64,000 nt of DNA, taken from assembly GCA_963699755.1 (NCBI GenBank), contig CAVOVB010000001.1, forward strand, positions 1,184,001 to 1,248,000, given 5' to 3'. Numbering within the stretch: position 1 is the first letter of the stretch; each line of letters starts with the position of its first letter. Of this stretch, positions 30,441-40,996 are shown piece by piece. Made by a program: the position numbers and the translations under genes. The notes under the pieces are model-generated. The model did not search any database. It saw only the letters and a list, made by a program, of their open reading frames with translations, and was not told the DNA's origin. The DNA is from an uncultured delta proteobacterium (lineage in GTDB: Bacteria; Myxococcota_A; Polyangia; Polyangiales; Houyiibacteriaceae).

Positions 30441-30489
30441 GGGGGGCGCCGGGCGGGAGGTATACTCTGCTTTTTGGAGCTGGTCGCAG

Positions 30490-31956
30490 ATGACCCTACC
30501 GGTATTCCCTTCGCTACGAATTACAGCCGATGCCCTGATTCCCCAGGGTGCGTTTGCCGAGGCCCAGGCTGCGTTCTTGAAACCCGACCCGGAGCTGGTC
30601 ATGCAGCTCAGCAGCTTGCTCCGGGAAAAGAACGCCGGTGTCGTCGCTCATTTCTACATGGACCCCGAGCTTCAGGGTGTGCTCTCCGCTTGCGATTGGC
30701 CACAGATCCACGTCTCGGATTCACTTGCGATGGCAGACCGCGCGATCACGATGGCCGAGCAGGGCGTGACGACGATCGCAGTGCTTGGCGTCGATTTCAT
30801 GAGCGAGAACGTACGCGCGATGCTCGATGCATCCGGGCACGCTGACATCCCGGTCTATCGTGTCGCGGTGGATCCAATCGGTTGCTCGCTGGCCGAGTCG
30901 GCTGAATCCGATGCCTATGGCGCGTACTTGATGAGTGCCTCTGAAACCCCGCGATCCTTGCACGTCGTCTACATCAACACGAGCCTGGTCACCAAGGCCA
31001 AGGCGCACGCCATCGTGCCCACAATCACCTGCACCTCTTCCAATGTGGTGCGCACGGTCCTGCAAGCGGCCGCGCAGATTCCCGACGTCCGAATCTGGTT
31101 CGGGCCGGATACCTACATGGGCGACAACCTCGCACAGATGTTCAAGAGCTTGGCGGAGATGCCGAACGCGCAGATTCGAGAGCTTCACGCCGCGCACGAC
31201 CAGGCATCAATTCGCTCGCTGTTGCCGCGTTTTCACTACTTCGCGGAGGGTACTTGCATCGTTCACGAGATGTTCGGCCGCGAGGTAGTCGACCTGGTCC
31301 GCAAACACTACGCGGACGTGTACGTCACGGCCCATCTCGAGGTGCCGGGCGAGATGTTCGAGCTCGGCTTGCGGGCGCAGCGTGAGGGCAATGGGGTGGT
31401 CGGCTCCACGTCGAACATCCTCGCGTTCATCTTGGGCAAGGTCGAAGCGGCGATCGCGCGCGGTGAGCGCGGCAACCTGCGATTCATCCTCGGCACCGAA
31501 GCGGGCATGATCACGCCGATCGTCCGAGGAGTGCAGGCCATGCTTCAAGATTACGCCTCGGAAGGCGGGGCGGGCCTCTCGGCGGAGATCGTGTTTCCGG
31601 TTGCAAGCGAGGCGGTCGCTCAAGACGAGCAGAGCGGGCTCGGAATCATGCCGGGCGTTGCCGGTGGCGAAGGCTGCTCGACGGCGGGCGGCTGCGCAAC
31701 CTGCCCATACATGAAGATGAACTCGCTCCAGGCGCTGCTGGGGCTCCTCGAGCGCATCGACGTCGAGCCGCAGTCGAGCTTGATTCCCTTTGAGCCGCGC
31801 AAGTACATGCAAGAGATCCGCGGTCGGTCCGTGGCGGACCTAGGCGGCGAGCCCATCTTGCACATGCGTGCTTTTCAGCGCGCCGGCGAGCTTCCCCAGG
31901 CGCTGGTCGAGGATGTGCTCGGCCGTGCGTCGGTTCGAGCCCGCTCCCAGGGCTAA
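30490..31956 (+). CDS. nadA: Quinolinate synthase (long, plant-QS-like type)
   Basis: AHFYMDPE, SDSL, GVDFMSENV, GCSLA, YINTS, TCTSSN, CIVH, CPYMKMNSL. Confidence 0.9.
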   Translation: MTLPVFPSLRITADALIPQGAFAEAQAAFLKPDPELVMQLSSLLREKNAGVVAHFYMDPELQGVLSACDWPQIHVSDSLAMADRAITMAEQGVTTIAVLGVDFMSENVRAMLDASGHADIPVYRVAVDPIGCSLAESAESDAYGAYLMSASETPRSLHVVYINTSLVTKAKAHAIVPTITCTSSNVVRTVLQAAAQIPDVRIWFGPDTYMGDNLAQMFKSLAEMPNAQIRELHAAHDQASIRSLLPRFHYFAEGTCIVHEMFGREVVDLVRKHYADVYVTAHLEVPGEMFELGLRAQREGNGVVGSTSNILAFILGKVEAAIARGERGNLRFILGTEAGMITPIVRGVQAMLQDYASEGGAGLSAEIVFPVASEAVAQDEQSGLGIMPGVAGGEGCSTAGGCATCPYMKMNSLQALLGLLERIDVEPQSSLIPFEPRKYMQEIRGRSVADLGGEPILHMRAFQRAGELPQALVEDVLGRASVRARSQG

Positions 31957-32046
31957 ACGGAAGACCTGCGATTCGCCTTCGAATCGAGGCCTTGACCGGG
32001 GATGCAACATACTTATGTTGCTGACGCCCAACATCCCGCGGAGCCC

Positions 32047-33141
32047 ATGTCGAAGCGTGACTACTACGAAATTCTCGAAGTCCACCGCGACGCTACAACG
32101 GTCGAGCTGAAGAAGGCCTACCGCCAGAAGGCGCTCGAGCTTCACCCGGATCGCAACCCGGGCGACCCCAAAGCCGAGGAGGAGTTCAAGATCTGCGCTG
32201 AGGCCTATTCGGTCCTGAGCGACCCCCAGAAGCGCCAGATCTATGATCGCTACGGGCATGCAGGCTTGGGCGGTGTTGGCGCACCGGGCTTCGGCGACAT
32301 CGGTGACGTCTTCAGTCAGTTCCAAGACATCTTTGGCGACCTCTTCGGTGGCGGCGGTGGGTTTGGCTTCGGCGGTTTCGGCCGGCGGCGACGTGACCCC
32401 AATGGTCCCGCGCGCGGCGCCGACATTCGGACCGATGTCAGTTTGTCGCTTCGCGAGGCGGCGTTCGGTGCGACACGCAAAATCGATCTCTCGCATCCAT
32501 CACCGTGCGCAGCCTGCCGCGGCACTGGGGCCAAGGGTGGTGAGCTCCAGAGCTGCGAAACCTGCGGTGGCCGAGGACAAGTCGCGCGGGCACAGGGCGC
32601 ATTCGTGATGACGACCAGCTGCCCGAGCTGCCGAGGGCAGGGTGCGCGGGCCAAGGAGGCCTGCGACGAATGTGATGGAGTCGGCCAGGTCGACGTCGAG
32701 CGCGTCGTGAAGGTCAACGTGCCTGGCGGCGTCGACGCCGGTCAGAGCCTTCGACTCAGCGGCAAGGGGCAGGAGGGCGTCCGTGGCGGTCCGGCGGGCG
32801 ATCTCTACGTCACCGTGCATGTCGAGCCCGACGAAGACTTCCAGCGAGATGGCTTCGACCTGGTACACCGTCTCGTGGTGACCTATCCCCAGGCCGCGCT
32901 CGGCGCGAAAATCGACGTACCTGCCTTTGAAGAGGACGAGGGCGCGACCCAAACGATCAAGGTACCCTCAGGCACCCAGCACGGCGAGACCGTCGTGGTC
33001 CGAGGTGGTGGCGTGCCTCGGCTGAACGGCCGTGGGCGCGGCGATTTGGTCTGTGTGGTTGAAGTCGAAGTGCCGAAGCGGCTTTCGCGCGAGCAGAAGC
33101 GGCTGCTCAAGGATCTGGACCTTAGTTTCGAGCGGTCTTGA
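32047..33141 (+). CDS. dnaJ: Chaperone DnaJ
   Basis: HPD, G/F region, four CxxCxGxG repeats. Confidence 0.96.
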   Translation: MSKRDYYEILEVHRDATTVELKKAYRQKALELHPDRNPGDPKAEEEFKICAEAYSVLSDPQKRQIYDRYGHAGLGGVGAPGFGDIGDVFSQFQDIFGDLFGGGGGFGFGGFGRRRRDPNGPARGADIRTDVSLSLREAAFGATRKIDLSHPSPCAACRGTGAKGGELQSCETCGGRGQVARAQGAFVMTTSCPSCRGQGARAKEACDECDGVGQVDVERVVKVNVPGGVDAGQSLRLSGKGQEGVRGGPAGDLYVTVHVEPDEDFQRDGFDLVHRLVVTYPQAALGAKIDVPAFEEDEGATQTIKVPSGTQHGETVVVRGGGVPRLNGRGRGDLVCVVEVEVPKRLSREQKRLLKDLDLSFERS

Positions 33142-33217
33142 GAAGGGCTGGAGATCAGGTCGCGTCCGGGTGTAGGCTGGTCGCCTGCTCTGGGACACGT
33201 CCCCGCGGAGATGATTG

Positions 33218-34990
33218 ATGCAGCCTCTTTCCGGACTCGACTCTTCCTTTCTCTTTCTCGAAGACGCACACCAACCGATGCACGTCGGCAGCGTCTTGGT
33301 CTTCGAGGGCTCGATGGATTTCGAAAGCTTTCGTCAAACGATGGCGTCGCGGGTACATCTGGTGCCACGGCTTCGGCAGCGGCTCGTCATGGTGCCCTTT
33401 GGCATCGGAAAGCCCTACTGGGTGGACGACCCGGCGTTCAATCTCGACATGCATCTGCAGCACGTCGCGCTCCCGAACCCCGGAAGCTGGAAGGAGCTTC
33501 GCGGACTTGCCGCACGAATCTTCAGCGTGCCGCTCGATCGGAGCCGACCGCTCTGGGAGATGACCTTCGTCGAAGGGCTCAATCAGATCCCTCAGGTGCC
33601 ACCTGGCTCGGTTGCTGTGATCAACAAGATCCATCACGCGGCGATCGACGGCGTCTCCGGCGCGGACATGATGGGCGTCCTCCTCGACATGACGAAAGAG
33701 CCTCGAAAATTCAGCCCGCCGCCTCCGCGTGCGATTCCGCCGGTGCCAAACGAGCTCCAAGTGCTGTCACACACCGCCCGCAAGATCATGGGCAAGCCGA
33801 GCGAGATCAAGCGAGTCGCAGGCGAGCTCGGGGACGCGCTCCGCGCTGCAGCCAAGGTGAAGGACAGGGGCATCGATGCGCCTCCCATTCCGATGACCGC
33901 GCCGCCCACGCCGATCAATCACACGATCACCGGTCAGCGAATCTGGAACACCGCACTGCTCGAGCTCGATCGCGTCAAAGGGATTCGCAAGATCGCCGGC
34001 TGCACTCTCAACGACGTGGTGCTGGCGATTTGCGCCGGTGCGCTTCGTCGCTACCTAGATGAGAAGGGCGAGCTTCCCGACAAGCCCTTGATCGCCATGG
34101 TCCCGGTGTCGACGCGTGGGGAAGATGAACGAGGCAAGATGGGCAACAGAGTTTCTGCGATGTTCCTCGACATCGCGACCGACGTGGCCGATCCGGTGGA
34201 ACGCCTCAAAGTCATCCAGCGGCATACGCAAGGCGGCAAGGCGTTCGAAAAGGCCGGCGCAACGCGCGCCTTCGTCGACCTTTGGGATTTTGTTCCGTTT
34301 GGTTTGGCCAATCGCGTGCTTCGGCTCTACTCGCGCTTTCGCGTCTCGGAGATGCACAACCCGGTGTTCAACTGCGTGATCACCAACGTGCCGGGGCCGC
34401 AGATGGACATGTACATGGCGGGGCACAAGCTCTTGGCGAGCATGGGTATGGCGCCTTTGGTCGATGGGATGGGCCTGCTGATCACCGTGCTCAGTTACAA
34501 TGGCGTCCTCTCGATCAGTCCAACGTCCTCGCCCTCGGTCATGCCGGACCTCGACCAGTTCACGCGATACCTGCGTGAGTCAGCAAACGAGCTCGAGGCG
34601 GCCGTGGTTCCGCACCGGCTTCCCTATGCCGAAGCCGGCGACCCTCAGGCGCAGGCGGTGGCCGAGATGACCGCGGCCTTCGTGGCGCGAATGCGGTCAA
34701 CCCTCGAGCAAGCACCCGACGATCGCTCGCTTCAAGAGGGCAAGTTTCACCTTCGGATCACGGGCCTTGGCGAGCAGAGCTGGATGATCGACATGCAAGA
34801 CCGAAGCGTCACCGAGGGCAACGGCCGGCCGGCGGACGCCACCCTCACGATCCGCGACGCGCATCTTGCCGAAATTCTAAACGGCAACCTAGACCCGCAG
34901 ATCGCCTTCGTGCAAGGCAAGCTCCGGGTCGACGGCGACATCAACAAGGCGATCGAGTTCGGCAGCTTTTTGCCGAAGATGATCGCCTAG
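33218..34990 (+). CDS. Wax ester synthase/diacylglycerol acyltransferase with C-terminal SCP2 domain
   Basis: HHAAIDG, TNVPGP; C-terminal ADATLTI...G.LDPQ.AF.QGKL.V.GD. Confidence 0.9.
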   Translation: MQPLSGLDSSFLFLEDAHQPMHVGSVLVFEGSMDFESFRQTMASRVHLVPRLRQRLVMVPFGIGKPYWVDDPAFNLDMHLQHVALPNPGSWKELRGLAARIFSVPLDRSRPLWEMTFVEGLNQIPQVPPGSVAVINKIHHAAIDGVSGADMMGVLLDMTKEPRKFSPPPPRAIPPVPNELQVLSHTARKIMGKPSEIKRVAGELGDALRAAAKVKDRGIDAPPIPMTAPPTPINHTITGQRIWNTALLELDRVKGIRKIAGCTLNDVVLAICAGALRRYLDEKGELPDKPLIAMVPVSTRGEDERGKMGNRVSAMFLDIATDVADPVERLKVIQRHTQGGKAFEKAGATRAFVDLWDFVPFGLANRVLRLYSRFRVSEMHNPVFNCVITNVPGPQMDMYMAGHKLLASMGMAPLVDGMGLLITVLSYNGVLSISPTSSPSVMPDLDQFTRYLRESANELEAAVVPHRLPYAEAGDPQAQAVAEMTAAFVARMRSTLEQAPDDRSLQEGKFHLRITGLGEQSWMIDMQDRSVTEGNGRPADATLTIRDAHLAEILNGNLDPQIAFVQGKLRVDGDINKAIEFGSFLPKMIA

Positions 34991-35011
34991 GTCGCGTCCG
35001 CCCGCTCAGTC

Positions 35012-37213
35012 TCAGCGAAGGGCGCTGAACCGCTGTGGCTGGGTGTCACCGGGCAGCTTGGCGCGAAGCTCGGGCAGCTCTTCGGCTGCGAGCCATTGAT
35101 AGACGCCGTAGGTTTGCAGGACCCGGCGCGTGTAACGTCGCGTTTCGTCGTAAGGAATCTCTTCGATGAAGACGTCGAGTGGGCGAGCTGCGTCCTCTTG
35201 AAGCCAGCGACGGACCGCGCCTTCGCCGGCGTTGTAGGCCGACGGCACGAGTGCGGGGTTTTCGTTCAAGCGGCCCCAGAGCCAGGCCATGTAGCGCGCT
35301 CCGATCTTGAGGTTGACCTCGGGCTTTTTCAACGTGCGCGGGGTCGCTTTGACGCCGAGCTCGGTAGCGAAGCGCTTGGCCGTGGGCATGATCAGCTGAA
35401 CGAGCCCGTAGGCCTTGGCCCAGGACACCGCTTCGGGGTCGAAGGAGCTCTCTTCGCGGGCGATCGCGCGCACGAAAGAAGCGGGAATCCCTTCCTCTTC
35501 GGCGATTCGTTCAATCAGGGGGGAGAAGGCCTGCGGGTAGGTCGCCTCCCAAATCAACTTGCCTTCACCTCTAGGGAGCAGGCCTTCGAAGTCTTCGAAG
35601 TGTGTTCGAATGACGCGGCTGAGCTTCGCCTCTGCGCCCGCGTGTTGGAGAAGCACGGCGCCGACGACCGCCATCTCGGGATCGACGTCGCTGCCGAGCA
35701 TGCGGAGGCTCGACATCTCCGAGGAAGCGTAGGTGACCTCGTTGACGAGCAAGAGCTCGACCATGCGATCGAAGGCCGGCTCGTCGAACTCGTCGCGCCA
35801 GGAAAACACCATGCGTGTCGGCTCCTCGCTGGATCGCATCTCGGTCATGATCGACCTGGCTCGGGCCGGGTCGATTTCGCCAAGTCGCCAGAGCGCCTGC
35901 TGCGCGTAGTAACGAAGTGGCCAACGCTCGACGATTTCTTCGTAGGCATCGGCAGCGTCGATGCGTTGGCCCATCAGGTACAGTGCGCGGGCGCGCCAGT
36001 AGTTCGCTCGTCCGGTGATGCCCTCTTGGCGTTCGTCGCCGCCACGCTTCACCAGGTCGTCGAAGCGCTCGTATGCGCTTTGGTACTCTCCATTGCGAAA
36101 CTGAACCCAGCCCAGCTTGAACAGTGCGCGCGCCCACATGTCGCCGTCCGGGTAGAGCTTCGGAATCAAAGCCAGTCGTGCGAGTGAGGCCTTTTTTCTA
36201 CCATTTTCGAGCTCTGCGAGGGCCGCGCGGTAGCTCGCATCGTCGGCGAGGCTGTGGTCGGGCGCTTCGGCTTCGAGCTTTTCGAACTGTCGGATCGACT
36301 CGTCCCATTGCCCGATGCGGCCATAGGCGCGCGCGGCGTAGTAGCGAGCCCAGGTCCGCATGTCACGGTCGACCTTGGCGCACTTGTCCGCGACCTCCCG
36401 CATCACCGGAGCGCCTCGTGTACGCTCTCGGTCTTGGATGAGCGCCCGACCCTGCTTGTAGCGAGCCTTGCACCAGATCGGGCCACCGGTCTTGAGGTGT
36501 TTGACGAGCTTCCCGAGGAGGAGCTCGGCCTCACGGTAGCGCTTGTCGTTGTAGAGCGAATCGGCCTTGTCGAGGCTCTGTTGCATCCGCGGGCGAACGT
36601 CTTGCGTAGCGGGAACCGTCGCAGTGCTCGCCGGAGTTGTGGCCGGGAGCGAGCCGTCCAATCGGAGCTCTAGCTCTGCGCCGGACTCGCTGGTCTTGCC
36701 GGTACGGATTTCGATCGTGCGCGCGCGGTCGCTGCCTGCCCAGTCGTCCGTCAGCGAGGCGACGATCTGCGCTGCGATCACCGGATCCCTTCGCTCGAGA
36801 AGGGACGCACGCTTCAACTTCGCCCAGCGCGCGAGAGGGTGATTGAACGTCCCGAGCGTATCGAGGTGAGCGAGGGCGACCTCGGTGTAACCCTCGGCGC
36901 TCGCCGCCTCGGCCGCCAGCCAGTGAAGTCGGCCCTTGTCCTTGGCGCCAGCGCTCGGCAGCGAAGCTTCGGCGAGCTCGCGCGCTCGCCCGGCATTGCC
37001 CTTGTCGAGTTGCTTGCGGACCTGCATCACCGGCGACTTGTCGCGCAGCTCGACGATGACGGGGTCGAGAACCTTAGGCGGCGGCGCAGGAGCGGCGGCG
37101 ACCACGGGCTGTGGCTCGGCAGGTGGCGGCCAGACTTCGCGCTGCACGTTCTGCTCCTGATGGCAGGCCACCAGCAGCCCCATGCACGTCGCGACAGGCC
37201 AGATCCGCTTCAT
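35012..37213 (-). CDS. Soluble lytic transglycosylase (Slt70-like) lipoprotein with TPRs
   Basis: REESSF, GLVQLIMPTA, AYNAG, IPYDETRRY; LVAC lipobox. Confidence 0.9.
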   Translation of the reverse strand: MKRIWPVATCMGLLVACHQEQNVQREVWPPPAEPQPVVAAAPAPPPKVLDPVIVELRDKSPVMQVRKQLDKGNAGRARELAEASLPSAGAKDKGRLHWLAAEAASAEGYTEVALAHLDTLGTFNHPLARWAKLKRASLLERRDPVIAAQIVASLTDDWAGSDRARTIEIRTGKTSESGAELELRLDGSLPATTPASTATVPATQDVRPRMQQSLDKADSLYNDKRYREAELLLGKLVKHLKTGGPIWCKARYKQGRALIQDRERTRGAPVMREVADKCAKVDRDMRTWARYYAARAYGRIGQWDESIRQFEKLEAEAPDHSLADDASYRAALAELENGRKKASLARLALIPKLYPDGDMWARALFKLGWVQFRNGEYQSAYERFDDLVKRGGDERQEGITGRANYWRARALYLMGQRIDAADAYEEIVERWPLRYYAQQALWRLGEIDPARARSIMTEMRSSEEPTRMVFSWRDEFDEPAFDRMVELLLVNEVTYASSEMSSLRMLGSDVDPEMAVVGAVLLQHAGAEAKLSRVIRTHFEDFEGLLPRGEGKLIWEATYPQAFSPLIERIAEEEGIPASFVRAIAREESSFDPEAVSWAKAYGLVQLIMPTAKRFATELGVKATPRTLKKPEVNLKIGARYMAWLWGRLNENPALVPSAYNAGEGAVRRWLQEDAARPLDVFIEEIPYDETRRYTRRVLQTYGVYQWLAAEELPELRAKLPGDTQPQRFSALR

Positions 37214-37368
37214 CTACCGAACCCTAGTGAGTCCTTCCTGGACGGGCAAGTTCCCCCCGCAAAGTCGATGCTTCGCGCCGATCACGGGGCTTGGGATCGT
37301 GAAGTCTACGCTTCGCCTCGGCTAGGGCCCTTCGCCCCCTCAGCGCGCGCGTGATAAGGGGATCGCGA

Positions 37369-39003
37369 GTGAGCTACGCCTTTCAGATCGGCGCGCGCTA
37401 TCTTCGCTCGAAGAAGCGCGCCACGGTTTCCATGATCACCCTGATCTCGATCATCGGAGTCGCCCTGGGGGTTGCGGCCCTGTTGGCTGTCCTGTCGATC
37501 ACTACCGGTTTCGAAAATGCCTTCCGGGACAAGGTGCTTGGGGTGAACGCACACGTTCTGGTCTTGAAATACGGTCGCGAGTTCCGGGACTATCGCGACG
37601 TCCTCGCCACGGTCGGCGAGATGCCGGAGGTTGCTGGGATCGCCCCGTTCTCGATCAACGAGATGATGCTCACCAAAGGCGAGCGCCGCGGGGTCGTTCT
37701 CGTCAAAGGCGTCACCCCCGAAGGCCTTCGCACCGTCCTCGACCTCCCGCATCAACTGCTGATCGGCGGCCTCGAGGGCTTACGCCGGCCCGGTGCGGTT
37801 CCAACCCAGAGCGAAGCACCCCAGGCCGACGACGACTGGCAATGGCTCCGCGACATCCGCGACGGTAGGGGCTCACCCGGGAGCGGGGGCCTGGGTACGA
37901 GGGTTCCCGACTCCGCGTTACCCGCGCGCTCGGCACGGCTGGATGGGAAAGGGGACAGCCCCCTCGTCGAGGAGGCGCCGGCTCGCAGGAAGACCTTCTG
38001 GGAAGAGGAGCAGGAGCGACGGCAAGGGCAGCGGGAGGCCGAACGCAAGGCCCGTCGGCCCCGTCTCGGGGCGGTGGCGGAGCCCGACGAGATCGAATCG
38101 ATGCTCGGGGGCTTCGATGACCAGGACTTGGAGCTTCCCGATGACCCCGCCTGGGAAGCCGGCCTTTCCTACGGCGAGGCGCAGGAGCCGGTCGAGACGC
38201 TACCAGGGATCATAGTCGGCAAGACCCTGGCCGAGGATCTGGGCCTGAAGGTCGGCGATCGTGTGCGATTGATTTCGCCGCTCGCCGCGCTCGGCTTGGC
38301 GCTTTCAGAAGCGCGCGGCTCGGTGACCCGTTCGCGCGAGTTTCGGGTCATCGGTGTATTCCAGGCGGGCTTTCAGGAATATGACTCGGGCCTGGTCTAC
38401 ACCGACCTCTTCGAAGCCCAGCGTCTCTTCGACGAGGGCGACAACGTCACCGGCGTCGAGCTCCGCGTCCACGACCTCGACACATCGTTCGAGCTCGCCC
38501 GTCGCATCGAGCAGGACCTCGGCGGCGCCTTTCATTCGCTCGACTGGTCGGAGCTCAACCGCAACCTCTTCACGGCGCTCGAGGTCCAAAAGATCGCGCT
38601 CACCTTGGTCATCGCCACCATTATCTTCGTGGCGGCCTTCAACGTGATCGCCACCTTGATCATGGTAGTCCTCGAAAAGAAGCGAGAGATCGCCATCCTG
38701 AAAGCGATGGGCGCCACCGATTGGACCGTCCTCGGCATTTTCATGCTCCAAGGCGTCGTCGTCGGCGTGATAGGAACCTTCGCTGGTGTCATCGTCGGCG
38801 GCGGCCTCGTCACCTACCTCGATAAGATCCAATTCCCGCTCGATCCGAAGGTGTACTTGATCGATCATCTCCCGGTGGTGCTCAACCCGAGCGTCTTTCT
38901 CATCACCATCGCGATCGCGCTTCTGATCTGCACCTTGTCGACGATTGCGCCCTCTTGGTGGGCCGCGCGGATGCTCCCGGTCGACGGCCTGCGATACGAG
39001 TAA
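37369..39003 (+). CDS. LolC/E-family lipoprotein-releasing ABC permease with a large insertion
   Basis: ISIIGVALGVAAL..VLS...GF, EKKREIAILKAMGA, YLIDHLPV, P.DGLRYE. Confidence 0.88.
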   Translation: MSYAFQIGARYLRSKKRATVSMITLISIIGVALGVAALLAVLSITTGFENAFRDKVLGVNAHVLVLKYGREFRDYRDVLATVGEMPEVAGIAPFSINEMMLTKGERRGVVLVKGVTPEGLRTVLDLPHQLLIGGLEGLRRPGAVPTQSEAPQADDDWQWLRDIRDGRGSPGSGGLGTRVPDSALPARSARLDGKGDSPLVEEAPARRKTFWEEEQERRQGQREAERKARRPRLGAVAEPDEIESMLGGFDDQDLELPDDPAWEAGLSYGEAQEPVETLPGIIVGKTLAEDLGLKVGDRVRLISPLAALGLALSEARGSVTRSREFRVIGVFQAGFQEYDSGLVYTDLFEAQRLFDEGDNVTGVELRVHDLDTSFELARRIEQDLGGAFHSLDWSELNRNLFTALEVQKIALTLVIATIIFVAAFNVIATLIMVVLEKKREIAILKAMGATDWTVLGIFMLQGVVVGVIGTFAGVIVGGGLVTYLDKIQFPLDPKVYLIDHLPVVLNPSVFLITIAIALLICTLSTIAPSWWAARMLPVDGLRYE

Positions 39004-39151
39004 GAGCCCGACGACCCCTGGTTTCCTGGTCGGAGGTCCTCGGTGCGAGCGCGTCGCAGCCCAGCGCTCCCTCGCGATCGCCTCGGGTTCATGTGGCGCG
39101 AGCCAGGAGCTTGACGCCCCGGCCCGGCCGCGCTACCCATGGCGTCCTTTT

Positions 39152-39223
<72 letters not shown>

Positions 39224-39233
39224 CTAAGATAGC

Positions 39234-40417
39234 TCAGTCGTTACGGGTGGTTTCGCGACGGCTGGCACTTCGAGCGTCGTCCCCGGTTTGGGAACCTTCC
39301 ACACGATGTTCCACTTTGGGACCATCGACGAGCGCGAGCGCGCGGTCGACCGCGCCTTGCTTCTCCTCGCGCGCGATGTGCGAGTAGTGAAGGAACATCT
39401 CTTCCGTCGTGTGGCCGATCATCGAACGCGTGATCGCGCCCGAGGCCACTTGGCGGAGGATGTTGTTCCAGGTTCGGCGAAAGCCGTGAATGGTGAAGCG
39501 GTCGCGGATGCCGACCGCCTCTAGAGCTCGCTCGAGGGGCTTTCGGAGCGAGGCGTTGCGGTGATGAGTCCCGACGCGGCTCGGGAAGCCCAGGCCCTCG
39601 GATAGCCCAGGAGCCTGGTCTCGGACGAGCCGCTGTCGGTGTTGCTTGAGGACCGCCTTGAGCAGCGGTGGGGGAGAGGCACGTCTCGGACCTTGCCGGT
39701 TTTGGTCGTGCCCACGCGGCCCTGCCACTGCGAACGGCGGATCCAGATCACGTCGGCTTCCTCGTCGATGTCGGACCACTTCAGTGCCGACACCTCGCCG
39801 AAGCGTGCGCCCGTGAGCGCCATGGTGAGGAACAGTGGGTACCAGTCGGGCTCGGTCTCCCGCAGGTAGCCCAGGACCCGTCGCAGATCCTCGGGCTTCA
39901 GCCGGTTCCCAACCGGGGGCGCCTCGGGAAGCGTGCTCACGCGAGCGCAGGGGTCCCGAGGCAGCCCGAGCTGCGCCTGCGCGTCCCGCAGCAGCGTACG
40001 AAGCAGCCTCAGCCGCGAGTTGATGGTGCGGGGCTTGCCCTGTTGGGCATCACGCCATCGGAGCACGTCCTGAGGCGTGATGGCATCGACGTAGTAGTCC
40101 CCCAACGCAGGCAGGATGTGCTGGTCGAGGGCGACCGCGTACTTGTCCCGCGTCGAAGGCTTAAGAGTGGGAATCTTCCCACTCATCCACGAGCTCGCGT
40201 GTTCGCCAAGGCGAAGACGGTGCTCTGGGGCCGTGCCGCCCGTCAGCAAGAGGGTACGAAGCAACTCCCTTTGGGAGCTCGCCTCGGCCATGCTGGTGGC
40301 GGCGATCACTTTCTTCTGATCCCTTCGCTTGTCCGTCTTCGGATCGTTCCAAGTCACTCGAACTCGATAGCGACCCGACGACAGGCGTTCGATTCCCGGA
40401 TAACGAGATTTGCTCAT
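39234..40417 (-). pseudogene. Tyrosine recombinase/integrase, frameshifted near 39672
   Basis: TGARFGE and TTKTG in one frame; HGFRR, GH and Y in another; switch falls in a G5 run at 39670-39674. Confidence 0.85.
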
Positions 40418-40652
40418 GTGCTCCTCCCGTCCCGGACGCTGCGTACCGCTGCGCAGCATAGCGCCGGCACCCGTCGGCAATCCAGCGGTCGAGCGTCGAG
40501 CGCCGAAACATCAGCGTTCGCCGGGGGCCGCGCCCATCCGGTGACAACACACCGCGGTTCACGAGCGAACGGACACCGGAGGGCGTCAGCCCGAGAAAGG
40601 CCGTAGCGCTGCGACAGTCGAGCGATGGGTCGTCGTCCCATGGCGCCGTCAT
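40161..40652 (-). CDS. Excisionase-like HTH DNA-binding protein (3' end uncertain, overlaps int)
   Basis: ATAFLGLTPSGVRSLVNRGVL...MFRRSTLDRWI immediately upstream of the integrase. Confidence 0.6.
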   Translation of the reverse strand: MTAPWDDDPSLDCRSATAFLGLTPSGVRSLVNRGVLSPDGRGPRRTLMFRRSTLDRWIADGCRRYAAQRYAASGTGGAHEQISLSGNRTPVVGSLSSSSDLERSEDGQAKGSEESDRRHQHGRGELPKGVASYPLADGRHGPRAPSSPWRTRELVDEWEDSHS

Positions 40653-40790
40653 CGGGGCTCGTGGTTCGGGATCGCGTTCATGCTCATACCCTGTTATCGG
40701 TTTTGCCCCCCGAAAAGTTGTTCTGGATGCGGTAAGCGAGGTCACAGGAACGTCGGTTTGTCGCCCTCGGCGATAGAAATCGACCTGTGC

Positions 40791-40890
40791 GTTGCGTGGT
40801 GTTGCACGTCTTTGCACGAAGTTGCGTGGCACGCGCGACCGATTGCACGGTCGATCCGATTGTTGCGCTCCGTTGCGCACGGTTGCGCCA
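40791..40890. repeat. 10-bp-phased TTGC(G/A) array
   Basis: TTGC at 40792, 40802, 40812, 40822, 40843, 40863, 40873, 40883. Confidence 0.75.
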
Positions 40891-40969
40891 CATACACCGA
40901 TGTTGACGCAGTGGGGCAGGGCAAGATGTGGGATTGTAAGACATCGAAGATGTCCCAATCCCCGCGTGC

Positions 40970-40996
40970 CGCGCTCAACGCCTTCGGCTTATTCGC
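40970..40996 (+). repeat. Left 27-bp inverted repeat
   Basis: CGCGCTCAACGCCTTCGGCTTATTCGC; exact reverse complement at 45024-45050. Confidence 0.9.
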
